Part shown: positions 46,358 to 55,045 of the stretch, piece by piece
Layout: every line of letters begins with the position of its first letter
Numbering within the stretch: the stretch's first letter is position 1
Assembly (NCBI GenBank): GCA_963991145.1
Contig: CAXDOZ010000002.1
Location: 1 to 63,235 of the forward strand
Source of the DNA: an uncultured Chitinophagales bacterium
Lineage (GTDB): Bacteria; Bacteroidota; Bacteroidia; Chitinophagales; JABDMM01
Reading direction: 5' to 3'
Length of the DNA stretch: 63,235 nucleotides
Translations under genes and position numbers: made by a program
Notes under the pieces: model-generated
Database searches by the model: none
What the model was told of the DNA's origin: nothing
Seen by the model: the letters and a program-made list of their open reading frames with translations, nothing else

Positions 46358-47656
46358 ATGAAAAGAAGGACATTCATACGAAAAGCGGGAATGACAGCAG
46401 CGGGTGTTGCACTTTTTCCTACGATCCTTCCGGCAGGGACGGTCTTTGCAAAAACGGGAGCGAGGAAAGTAAACCATGTGGTATTCTGCCTATTCGCCGG
46501 AGGAGTGAGAAACCTGGAATCTGTTCAAAAAATAGATGGTAACCTGATGCCTTATACACTGAATGGATCTGAGAGCATTAGTCCTGATATAATTGGGGGA
46601 ATGTCTAGCCTGCCAATGAATAATGGCAGTACACTTCAAAGTGAGTCCACCTTCTTCAAAGAGTTTAGATACGCGCAAGGGCCAACCGGTCACTACAATG
46701 CTCATGGCACAGCGATCACGGGAAACTATGTTTTGGAGAATGTCCAGATCAAGGAACCACCAAAGAATCCAACCATTTTCGAATTGTATCGCAAGCATAA
46801 CTCATCCAGCAATTCAGCATTGAATGCCTGGTGGGTGACTGATTCTCTGGGACCTTATCCTGCTTTGAATTATTCAAGTTATCCCGGTTATGGTTCTGTG
46901 TATGGAGCGAATATGATCCAGCCTCTTTCGGTCTTTAATCCAAGATCTTACCAGGTTCTTGGAGATCCTTTGAACTTCCACAGCACTGATGAAGAGAAAG
47001 CAGCGATGCTTAGAGAGTTTCTGGATGGACAGTTCAAAGCTCCGGAGCAAGCCCTTGCGACTGGTATCATTAATACGGCTGAGGATGCTGATCTTCTGGA
47101 TCAGTGGATCCAAACCATGTTGCAGGAATCTAATTCAGGACTTCATGCAAATCCATGGGGCGTGCAGCCGATGAATAGCGATATGTACAATGCCTTTTAC
47201 GCTACGCGGATATTGAATGCATTTGAGCCAGAGCTTCTAGTTGTAAATATGACTGGTATTGATGTTTGCCACACGAATTTTACTCAATACTGCAATAACA
47301 TCAGAAGAGCAGATTATGCTCTGGGTAAGCTCTGGGATTTCATTCAGAGTCATCCGGTTCTTGCAAATGACACATTGCTGATTGTTGCGCCTGAACACGG
47401 CCGAAACCTCAATCCTAACACACTTCAGGATCAGTATGGAAGATATGCGCTTGACCACACCAGCGATGAAATGTCTCGTGAGATATTCTGCATGGTGGCG
47501 GGTCCTTCAAGTGTTGTAAACCAAAATAATGTGATCAGCCAGGTAACAGGAGAGTCGATTGATGTTGCTCCTACTATTGCAAATGCATTGGGATTTGATG
47601 TAGATATTCCGGGAGGCTTACTTCCTGGGAGAGTTTTAACCGAAGCCTTTATCTAG
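46358..47656 (+). CDS. Tat-exported DUF1501-family protein (sulfatase/alkaline-phosphatase fold) (operon gene 3)
   Basis: 432 aa with twin-arginine signal MKRRTFIRKAG. DUF1501-like blocks are VVFCLFAGGVRN, LLIVAPEHGRN, ALDHTSDE...MVAGPS and DVAPTIANALGFD. Confidence 0.75.
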   Translation: MKRRTFIRKAGMTAAGVALFPTILPAGTVFAKTGARKVNHVVFCLFAGGVRNLESVQKIDGNLMPYTLNGSESISPDIIGGMSSLPMNNGSTLQSESTFFKEFRYAQGPTGHYNAHGTAITGNYVLENVQIKEPPKNPTIFELYRKHNSSSNSALNAWWVTDSLGPYPALNYSSYPGYGSVYGANMIQPLSVFNPRSYQVLGDPLNFHSTDEEKAAMLREFLDGQFKAPEQALATGIINTAEDADLLDQWIQTMLQESNSGLHANPWGVQPMNSDMYNAFYATRILNAFEPELLVVNMTGIDVCHTNFTQYCNNIRRADYALGKLWDFIQSHPVLANDTLLIVAPEHGRNLNPNTLQDQYGRYALDHTSDEMSREIFCMVAGPSSVVNQNNVISQVTGESIDVAPTIANALGFDVDIPGGLLPGRVLTEAFI

Positions 47657-47657
47657 T

Positions 47658-48602
47658 ATGAGATTGAGAAGAACAAAATTTCCGGCACTATTGGCTTTGG
47701 CAGTGATCTTCTGGGTTGGACTGGAGAGCTGCGAAGACGATAATCCAATCACAAATAATCCATACGATGATGTCGACTATGGAGATACCAGTCAGGTTGT
47801 GATTCCAGTTGACTCAAGCTCGATCACGGGAATACACAAATTTATCCTATCTACAAAATGTGCCAATCCCGGTTGCCATGACGGATCTTTTGAGCCCGAC
47901 TTCAGATCGGTACAAAGTTCTTATTCAACAATGGTCTATCACAAGATCATTAAGAATAATGCAGCTGAAGATTTCACTTATCGGGTTGTGCCCGGAGATA
48001 CAGCAATGTCGGTTCTACACGAAAGAATCACAAACTGCTGTTTCGTCAATGTTGATGATATTATGCCACAGGACAACATCGGGCAGGGACTGCCCCAAAG
48101 CGACAGAGACCTGATAGCAAAATGGATTCTTGATGGGGCAAAAGACTGGAGTGGTCAAACTCCAACTCAGCCAAGCACAAAAGCAAGTGTAGAATATTAC
48201 CTGGCTTTTAATACCACTTATACAACCCAATATACCGCGACAAGGGTCGACAATCTATTCTACAATCCATTCATTGCTCCTCAGAATACTGATGTTGTTT
48301 TTGCTGTCTTCCCTGATGATGATGAGACTGCGATTCAAAACCTCCAGATAAACAGATTGGAATTCTCTTATGATGAGAATGACTTCTCAAGTCCGATCCT
48401 AAGTGTGAATACATCGTATCTGTCATTCATGAATAATGAGTTTTGGATGTCGACTGTGAATACTGGTCAATTCCTTACTGATACAACAGTATTTATGAGG
48501 TATACGGTAAGCGATGGCTCGCAGCCTCAGCCCACTATTGCTCCTAAACCGGATGCACCATTCCAGTTTAAAACCTATTGGTCATTTATTATCAGACCCT
48601 AA
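47658..48602 (+). CDS. Lipoprotein with a Planctomycete-cytochrome-c-like (PSCyt-like) module carrying CX4CH (operon gene 4)
   Basis: 314 aa with signal/lipobox VGLESC|EDD. Motifs in the PSCyt order are CANPGCHDG ... YRVVPGDTAMSVLHERI ... IMPQDNIGQGLPQSDRDLIAKWILDGA. Confidence 0.65.
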   Translation: MRLRRTKFPALLALAVIFWVGLESCEDDNPITNNPYDDVDYGDTSQVVIPVDSSSITGIHKFILSTKCANPGCHDGSFEPDFRSVQSSYSTMVYHKIIKNNAAEDFTYRVVPGDTAMSVLHERITNCCFVNVDDIMPQDNIGQGLPQSDRDLIAKWILDGAKDWSGQTPTQPSTKASVEYYLAFNTTYTTQYTATRVDNLFYNPFIAPQNTDVVFAVFPDDDETAIQNLQINRLEFSYDENDFSSPILSVNTSYLSFMNNEFWMSTVNTGQFLTDTTVFMRYTVSDGSQPQPTIAPKPDAPFQFKTYWSFIIRP

Positions 48603-48604
48603 GT

Positions 48605-49045
48605 ATGAAGTTCAGAGTTTCTCTTTTCGCCATTTTGTTGGCTGTTGGATTAGTTGGCTGTGAAAAGGATGGCAGTATCTCAGTCATTCCTGAGATTGCT
48701 TTCGTGTCTATCGATCCGGTATCGGCTCAGCAATTCGACGCTGTTGAAATAGTGATCTCTTATCAGGATGGTGATGGCGATCTTGGAGAGAACGTAGCAG
48801 GAGTGGATAATCTCTTCGTTACGGATCTTCGCAATGGAGTGATATATGCCTATCGCATTCAGGAGCTAGCTCCTCAGGGTTCTACCATTGCTATTCAGGG
48901 TAACCTGAATGTTCAGATCAACTCAGTAAGTGTTATCGATCCAATGGCGACCGCAGAGCAGGTGCAGTATTCTGTTTATGTGGTTGATAGGGCAGGTAAC
49001 CAGAGTAATGTGGTTACAACTGATGAGATCACAGTTACAAAGTAA
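48605..49045 (+). CDS. Small lipoprotein, beta-rich (Ig-like?), unknown function (operon gene 5)
   Basis: The ATG at 48605 gives MKFRVSLFAILLAVGLVGC|EKD, 146 aa. Contains an acidic DGDGDLGEN loop. Confidence 0.65.
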   Translation: MKFRVSLFAILLAVGLVGCEKDGSISVIPEIAFVSIDPVSAQQFDAVEIVISYQDGDGDLGENVAGVDNLFVTDLRNGVIYAYRIQELAPQGSTIAIQGNLNVQINSVSVIDPMATAEQVQYSVYVVDRAGNQSNVVTTDEITVTK

Positions 49046-49744
49046 TTACTCCTCCTGGTCAGCCTTGAATTGAAAACCCAGACGCTTACCTGTTTGATGA
49101 TTTAAAGTAAAGGTCTGAGCCACTTTTTCTCCCACTGATATCTCCTGAACTTTCTGATAATCAGGCGCCCACAGATCGAATTGGAGCGTATGAAGAATTG
49201 CGTATTCAATCAGGAACTTAATAGTGTCATTTGAGAAATCCTGATTTGGTAGGTCGTTGAATAGGAATCCAAATTGATCCTGCCCCTCAACAAAAAACTT
49301 GTTCTCTTCATTGATGAAAATCCTAGCGATCAAATATCCAACATCGCGAAGCCTTTGATATTTAAAGGAGTCTGCAATGAAGTTGTAGATCTCGATCATT
49401 CCAAAATATGCACGCTTTGGATTCTCTTTTATGTAGGGAAGATTCTGGATGTAATGGTCCTTATTGAAGGAGAAGATATTGGTGTGAAGCGTAAAGATCA
49501 GGATGTCACCCGCAAACTTGATCTCGCACTCAAATTTGCCTTTGTCGGTGTACTTGATGTGGAGATCAGCATCAGTTCCTTTGGTTTTATCGGAAAGCTC
49601 ATGCGCTGTTTTTTCCAGTTGAGACTTCAGCTCCTTGAAGTGCTCGCATGTGAGTCGGTGAAGGCGATGTTTCAGAGCACTCTTCTCTGATAGGATATTT
49701 ACAATCTGGTCAAATCGAGTAACTTGGTTTCCTTCCTGGCTCAT
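49046..49744 (-). CDS. Hypothetical cytoplasmic protein immediately downstream of proS
   Basis: The ORF is open to 49825, but that would overlap proS by 80 nt. The ATG at 49742-49744 (MSQEGNQVTRF...) lies 1 nt after the proS stop. 232 aa, no motif recognised. Confidence 0.6.
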   Translation of the reverse strand: MSQEGNQVTRFDQIVNILSEKSALKHRLHRLTCEHFKELKSQLEKTAHELSDKTKGTDADLHIKYTDKGKFECEIKFAGDILIFTLHTNIFSFNKDHYIQNLPYIKENPKRAYFGMIEIYNFIADSFKYQRLRDVGYLIARIFINEENKFFVEGQDQFGFLFNDLPNQDFSNDTIKFLIEYAILHTLQFDLWAPDYQKVQEISVGEKVAQTFTLNHQTGKRLGFQFKADQEE

Positions 49745-49745
49745 T

Positions 49746-51227
49746 CTAATAGGCTTTTGCAAATAGCACCCTTCGGGTGGATGGCTTGCCTGAATATACG
49801 CATTTGCCCGCCTCTTCAGGAGCATCTAAAGGAATACATCTGATGGTGGCTTTTGTTTCTTCTTTGATCTTTTCTTCGGTCTCTCCGGTTCCGTCCCAAT
49901 GAGCCTCTACGAAACCACCTTCTTTCTCAATGGTGTCTTTGAATTCTTCCCAGCTATCCACCTTCCTGGTGTTTGCTGTTCTGAATTCTTTCGCTCTATT
50001 GAATAGGTTGTTTTGGATCTCTTCGAGAAGATCAACTACCTGTTCCCCAATTCCTTCAATAGGACGGGTTGATTTTTCTCTGGTATCTCGACGGGCCAAT
50101 TCAATCTCACCGTTTTCAAGATCTCTTGGTCCAACTACCAGTCTAATTGGATAGCCTTTCAGTTCAGCTTCAGCAAACTTGAATCCCGGTCGCTTGGTAT
50201 CATCCAGATCGATAGTGACTCTGATTCCTCTCTTTCGAAGGTCTGCAGCTATCTCTTCAGATTTCTCTCTAAGTGTAGCGCTCATCTCAGGTTTTTTCTC
50301 ATTCAGCATTGGAATGATAATTACCTGATGAGGAGCAAGTTTGGGTGGAAGGACCAATCCTTCATCATCCGAATGAGTCATTAAGAGTGCTCCGATCAAT
50401 CGAGTAGAAACACCCCAGGATGTTGCCCAAACATAGTCTTCACTTCCCTCTTTATTGGCAAACTTCACATCAAAAGCCTTCGCAAAATTTTGACCAAGAA
50501 AGTGGGACGTTCCAGCCTGAATTGCCTTCTTATCCTGAGTAAGTGATTCAATACAGTAAGTTTCAAGAGCTCCTGCAAAACGTTCATTAGCAGATTTTAC
50601 ACCACGAATGACCGGCATTGCCATAAATTGCTCAGCGAATGTTGCATAGACATGTAGCATCTGCTCAGATTCAGCAATTGCTTCCTGTTCAGTAGCGTGA
50701 GCAGTGTGACCTTCCTGCCAAAGGAATTCAGCAGTTCTTAGGAACATTCTTGTTCTCATTTCCCAGCGAACAACATTTGCCCATTGGTTTATTAGAAGTG
50801 GAAGGTCTCTATATGATTGAATCCAGTTCTTGTATGAATTCCAGATTATAGTTTCAGAGGTAGGTCGAACGATGAGCTCTTCTTCAAGCTTAGCCTCTGG
50901 ATCTACGATCACTCCATTACCATCTGGGTCATTTTTAAGTCTGTAGTGTGTCACAACAGCGCACTCTTTTGCAAAACCCTCAACGTGGTCTGCTTCACGA
51001 CTAAGAAAACTTTTTGGGATGAATAGTGGAAAATAGGCGTTTACATGACCAGTTTCCTTGAACATTCTGTCCAATTCTGCTTTCATATTTTCCCAAATGG
51101 CAAAGCCGTATGGCTTGATTACCATGCATCCACGCACGTCGGAATGCTCTGCTAGCTCGGCTTTCAGCACCAGGTCATTATACCATTGGGAGAAGTCTTG
51201 AGATTGAGGAGTAATTACCTTAGACAT
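49746..51227 (-). CDS. proS: Proline--tRNA ligase (short archaeal/eukaryote-like class II type)
   Basis: 493 aa with class II motifs ([25 protein letters not shown]) and a C-terminal Zn-binding-like domain ending in Y. Confidence 0.95.
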   Translation of the reverse strand: MSKVITPQSQDFSQWYNDLVLKAELAEHSDVRGCMVIKPYGFAIWENMKAELDRMFKETGHVNAYFPLFIPKSFLSREADHVEGFAKECAVVTHYRLKNDPDGNGVIVDPEAKLEEELIVRPTSETIIWNSYKNWIQSYRDLPLLINQWANVVRWEMRTRMFLRTAEFLWQEGHTAHATEQEAIAESEQMLHVYATFAEQFMAMPVIRGVKSANERFAGALETYCIESLTQDKKAIQAGTSHFLGQNFAKAFDVKFANKEGSEDYVWATSWGVSTRLIGALLMTHSDDEGLVLPPKLAPHQVIIIPMLNEKKPEMSATLREKSEEIAADLRKRGIRVTIDLDDTKRPGFKFAEAELKGYPIRLVVGPRDLENGEIELARRDTREKSTRPIEGIGEQVVDLLEEIQNNLFNRAKEFRTANTRKVDSWEEFKDTIEKEGGFVEAHWDGTGETEEKIKEETKATIRCIPLDAPEEAGKCVYSGKPSTRRVLFAKAY

Positions 51228-51332
51228 AGGTGGTAATTTGGTATGGCTTTTGTGTTAAAATGTGCGGAACAAAGTTAGAAATTTAATTGTTCCACTATTG
51301 AGATGTATCTTAGAGAAGCTAAAAGAAATCAT

Positions 51333-52409
51333 ATGAAAGTTGGTAGAATTTTGAGTTCGGTTTTGATGGTTGGATTAGTAATTTTCAGCAGTGTTGCTTC
51401 AGCGCAATACGATGATGTTTACTGGGATCCATTTGAAGAAGCAGCTACTCCGGCAACACCGGTAAATAACAGTACCTCAAATGCTAGTGAGTATGACTAC
51501 GCAACACCTGGTACTTATGCTACTTATCTTCCATCAGAAGATTTCGCACTTGACAACTATCACGATTACTCATACTCTTCTAAGCTCAGAAGATTCTATG
51601 ATCCGGTTGATGGAGTAGATTATTACGATGATTACTACACTGATTATTCATCGTTTGATAATTCTGCAGACCTTGCCGGTACAAGCATTTATTCCAGCTA
51701 CAATCCATACCAACCATGGGATTATAGTTACTTCAACATTTGGACAAACACAGCATATGTGAACGCTGTATACAATCCGGTAAGCAATGTGGCTTATAAT
51801 CCACTTAATGATCCATTCTTAAATTCAACTACTGCTAATTACAACCAAGGATTTAACGATGGTTATAATACTGCACTTTACGGAGGTGCTGGATTCGGAG
51901 CACCAGTTGGTGGATTTGGTGGAGCACCTGTAGGTGGTTTTGGCGGAGCCGGAGGAGGTTTCGGTAATGCATATTACTGCCCTCCAACAGCATACTTTAA
52001 TGCACCTACTACCAACCCAACTAATACCACAAACACTATAAATAACTCTCCAAATTATACTCCAAGAGGAGGAGGAAATAATCCAAGTATTCCTACAGGT
52101 GGTTATACAAATACTGCTAGCTCTGGAACTAACCCTTATGCTAAGCCAAGAGAGGTTACTCCTAACTATAAGTCTGTAAATAACACTGGAAGCACTTCTG
52201 GTTCAGGATCAGGATATCAGTATTCTAGTCCAAGCAGTAATACTTATACGCCAAGCTACAGTGGAGGAAATAACAATACATACTCTGCTCCAAGCAGCAG
52301 ACCAAGTTATTCTGCTCCTTCTTACTCTGCTCCTAGCTATTCTGCTCCAAGCTACAGTGCTCCAAGAAGCGGCGGAGGTGGTGGAGGAGTTATCCGTTCG
52401 CCTAGATAA
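51333..52409 (+). CDS. Secreted low-complexity Tyr/Asn/Ser/Pro/Gly-rich repeat protein, unknown function
   Basis: The ATG at 51333 gives signal peptide MKVGRILSSVLMVGLVIFSSVASA|Q. An acidic Tyr/Asp-rich N-part is followed by GGFGGAPV repeats, an Asn/Thr/Pro-rich region and four SYSAP repeats. Confidence 0.7.
   Translation: MKVGRILSSVLMVGLVIFSSVASAQYDDVYWDPFEEAATPATPVNNSTSNASEYDYATPGTYATYLPSEDFALDNYHDYSYSSKLRRFYDPVDGVDYYDDYYTDYSSFDNSADLAGTSIYSSYNPYQPWDYSYFNIWTNTAYVNAVYNPVSNVAYNPLNDPFLNSTTANYNQGFNDGYNTALYGGAGFGAPVGGFGGAPVGGFGGAGGGFGNAYYCPPTAYFNAPTTNPTNTTNTINNSPNYTPRGGGNNPSIPTGGYTNTASSGTNPYAKPREVTPNYKSVNNTGSTSGSGSGYQYSSPSSNTYTPSYSGGNNNTYSAPSSRPSYSAPSYSAPSYSAPSYSAPRSGGGGGGVIRSPR
51882..51965 (+). 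repeat. In-frame Gly-rich repeat GGAGFGAPVGGFGGAPVGGFGGAGGGFG
   Basis: Read directly from the sequence. Units of GGFGGAPV are encoded with varying synonymous codons. Confidence 0.8.
52305..52364 (+). repeat. Four tandem 15-nt in-frame repeats encoding SYSAP
   Basis: The units are agttattctgctcct / tcttactctgctcct / agctattctgctcca / agctacagtgctcca. The peptide is identical but the codons differ. Confidence 0.85.
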
Positions 52410-52431
52410 TCATAATCTAAAGCTGTTCTGA

Positions 52432-53958
52432 ATGATGCGCAAACTCAGCATTTTACTGCTGTTATTGGGATTGTATGTCTCAAGCTCTGCTCAGATCTAT
52501 GTAGTTGATGCCTTGCGATTTATGCAAAGTGAGGTTGTAGGGACCGCTAGAACAATGGGAGCAGCGGGAGCTTTTTCGGCAGTAGGCGGAGACCCTGGAG
52601 CAGCCTACTACAATCCAGCTACATTAGGAATGATGAGAGGCAGTCAGGCTTTTATCACTCCTGCAATGAGGATTGGTACAGAAAGCTTTAACTACCTGAC
52701 CAACAATGGGAAGAGTACGAATGTAGCTTTCCCTTTTGGTTACTCAGGTGCAGTTGTTTCCTCGACAACAATTGATGGTTGGAGAGATTTTAAGTCCAGA
52801 AAGAATTATGCACTGACTTTTGGTCGCGTGGCAAACTTCAATCAGCAACGCGCTTTCAATGGACTTAATCCAAATACCTCTATTACCTATCAGTATGTTG
52901 ATGAGTTTAATGCAGTTGGAGCTGACCAAGCAAATGCTATATTAAACAACCCCAATATCAACCCTTATAATGAGTTTTCTTTTGAAGCTGTACTAGCATG
53001 GCTTGGGTATTTAGCAAACTATGATTCTTCCTTTGGACAATTCTTTTCTCCGGTTGATGCCCCGGTATTTCAAAATGGCCAATACAAGACGAGTGGAGGA
53101 ATCTATGAGATTGGTTTTACTTCCTCTGGTACTTATATGAATGAAAGGCTCTACCTGGGTTTTGGTCTGGCAGTTCCAATATTGAATTTTTCTTCTACCA
53201 CCACATTCACCGAGGATGATTATCAGGATGGCAACCTATCCTTTGATCAAATGAACCTTGTCACTGACTACACTACAAGTGGTGCAGGTTTCAATTTTAA
53301 ACTTGGGATCCTATATCGACCGATGTCTTTATTCAGAGTTGGGGCATACATTCACAGTCCGTCGTTCTTTGGTTTAAATGAGAGTTATCAAAGCAGAATG
53401 ACCTCAAGGGTGAATCTGCCCGAAGCTCCTCAGGATGCTTTTGCAAATGAAAGTCCTGAGCAACAGTTCAATTATTCATTCAATACACCCTGGAAATTTG
53501 GGGTGAGTACTGCCTTCTTCATCAAGAAGATCGCTTTCATATCTGCTGATTATGAGATGCAGGACTTTGGATCAGGAAAGTACAGTTTCGGACAGGGCTT
53601 TCAATCTTTTAATCAGGTCATAAATGATCAGATGCGTCAAACTTACAGGTTCAATCATATGATTCGATTAGGAGCTGAAGCAGCTTATAAGAAGATGCGA
53701 TTTAGAGGGGGAGTAATCTACCAGACGAGTCCATTAGACAAGAGTATTGGAGTCCAAAAGCAAGGTGACCAAAGCAAATTGACCTTTACCACGGGATTTG
53801 GTTTGAGCTGGAAAAAGTTTGGATTAGACTTCGCTTATTTAGTGACCCGATGGGATGAATTTTATCAACCGTATACAGTTGTCTTTCTAGATGCTCCTAC
53901 TGCTACGTTCTCACACATCAACAGAACCATCGCCATTACGGCGACTGTTAAATTCTAG
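52432..53958 (+). CDS. Outer-membrane beta-barrel protein, FadL/PorV-like superfamily
   Basis: 508 aa with signal peptide ending SSSAQ, an N-terminal TARTMGAAGAFSAVGGDPGAAYYNPATLG motif (FadL/PorV-type hatch), alternating beta-strand pattern and C-terminal TATVKF. Confidence 0.7.
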   Translation: MMRKLSILLLLLGLYVSSSAQIYVVDALRFMQSEVVGTARTMGAAGAFSAVGGDPGAAYYNPATLGMMRGSQAFITPAMRIGTESFNYLTNNGKSTNVAFPFGYSGAVVSSTTIDGWRDFKSRKNYALTFGRVANFNQQRAFNGLNPNTSITYQYVDEFNAVGADQANAILNNPNINPYNEFSFEAVLAWLGYLANYDSSFGQFFSPVDAPVFQNGQYKTSGGIYEIGFTSSGTYMNERLYLGFGLAVPILNFSSTTTFTEDDYQDGNLSFDQMNLVTDYTTSGAGFNFKLGILYRPMSLFRVGAYIHSPSFFGLNESYQSRMTSRVNLPEAPQDAFANESPEQQFNYSFNTPWKFGVSTAFFIKKIAFISADYEMQDFGSGKYSFGQGFQSFNQVINDQMRQTYRFNHMIRLGAEAAYKKMRFRGGVIYQTSPLDKSIGVQKQGDQSKLTFTTGFGLSWKKFGLDFAYLVTRWDEFYQPYTVVFLDAPTATFSHINRTIAITATVKF

Positions 53959-54968
53959 ATAATATTCACCTCTGGGTAGATCAAGAGCCCAAATGTCTCT
54001 CTCACTTTCTCCTGTATTTTACCGGCCAGGTCCTTCAGGTCTTCGCCCTTTGCGCCACCATAATTGACCAGAACAAGAGCATGCTTTTCATGTACGCCTA
54101 CATTTCCCACTCTAAAGCCCTTTAGACCACACTGATCAATCAGCCAGGCAGTAGGAACCTTTTTCATGTTATCCGGTAGATCATAGCCAGGCATTTCAGG
54201 ATATTCCGATTTCAGTTCATCGTATTGCTCGAGCGGCATTTCCAGATTCTTGAAGAATGAACCTGCATTTCCAAGCTCAGCAGGATCTGGCAGTTTAGAT
54301 CTTCTTATTGAGATTACTGCATCACTTATAGAACGAATGCTTGGCTCAACACCCATCTTTTGAAGAGTCCGTTCAATATCTCCGTAGCTATAATTGAGTT
54401 GTGATTCCTTTGAAAGCTTTAGCGTAACTGAAAGGATGATAAATCGGCCTTTAAGCTCATGCTTGAAAATGCTTTCACGATAGCCAAATCTGCAATCTTC
54501 TTTATCAAAGGTTCTTACAATACCGTTTGCAATGTCAAATGCTTCAAGTTCCTCAAAAACATCCTTTAACTCCACCCCGTAAGCTCCAATATTCTGCATT
54601 GGAGCTGCGCCAACTTTCCCAGGGATAAGAGATAAATTCTCAATCCCCCCGTAGCCCTTTCTTACGCAGTACATTACCAGATCATGCCATTCTTCACCTG
54701 CTTCACACCTTACCCAAACATTTTCAGATTGGGTCTTCATGTCGCGAATGCCTTTGAGATTATTTTGAATCACAAGGCCTTCGAAGTCCTTTGTCAGAAG
54801 AATATTCGAACCACCACCAAGAACCAGAAGATTGCTTCTGTCTTCATCGGTAAGATTTTCAAGCTCCTTTAGCTGATCTCTGTTATCCAGTTTTAAAAAC
54901 CTGTTAGCCGAGGCTTCAATTCCGAATGTATTTAAGGATTTAAGTGGTTTGTTAGACTCAATCTGCAC
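53955..54968 (-). CDS. murB: UDP-N-acetylenolpyruvoylglucosamine reductase
   Basis: 337 aa with an FAD-binding domain (LVLGGGSNILL) and MurB C-terminal domain motifs (AGSFFKN, SAGWLI-like TAWLIDQCGLKG). Confidence 0.9.
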   Translation of the reverse strand: MQIESNKPLKSLNTFGIEASANRFLKLDNRDQLKELENLTDEDRSNLLVLGGGSNILLTKDFEGLVIQNNLKGIRDMKTQSENVWVRCEAGEEWHDLVMYCVRKGYGGIENLSLIPGKVGAAPMQNIGAYGVELKDVFEELEAFDIANGIVRTFDKEDCRFGYRESIFKHELKGRFIILSVTLKLSKESQLNYSYGDIERTLQKMGVEPSIRSISDAVISIRRSKLPDPAELGNAGSFFKNLEMPLEQYDELKSEYPEMPGYDLPDNMKKVPTAWLIDQCGLKGFRVGNVGVHEKHALVLVNYGGAKGEDLKDLAGKIQEKVRETFGLLIYPEVNII

Positions 54969-55045
54969 GACGCAATTCTAAGAAATTAGATTAAGAAACA
55001 ATGGGCTCAGGCCAAGAGGTAATGCACATTGAAAATTCTCTGTGC

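Noticed and set aside
45736-46377. 213-aa minus-strand ORF overlapping operon genes 1-3
   Set aside because: It lies antisense to three well-supported plus-strand genes with signal peptides. It has an odd composition (Ile/Leu/Cys/His-rich), no motif and no plausible start context. It is most likely a shadow ORF.
47874-47894. Canonical c-type haem-binding site in operon gene 4
   Set aside because: The motif is C-A-N-P-G-C-H (CX4CH), not CXXCH. I therefore do not annotate the protein as a cytochrome c. It is reported as an open question instead.
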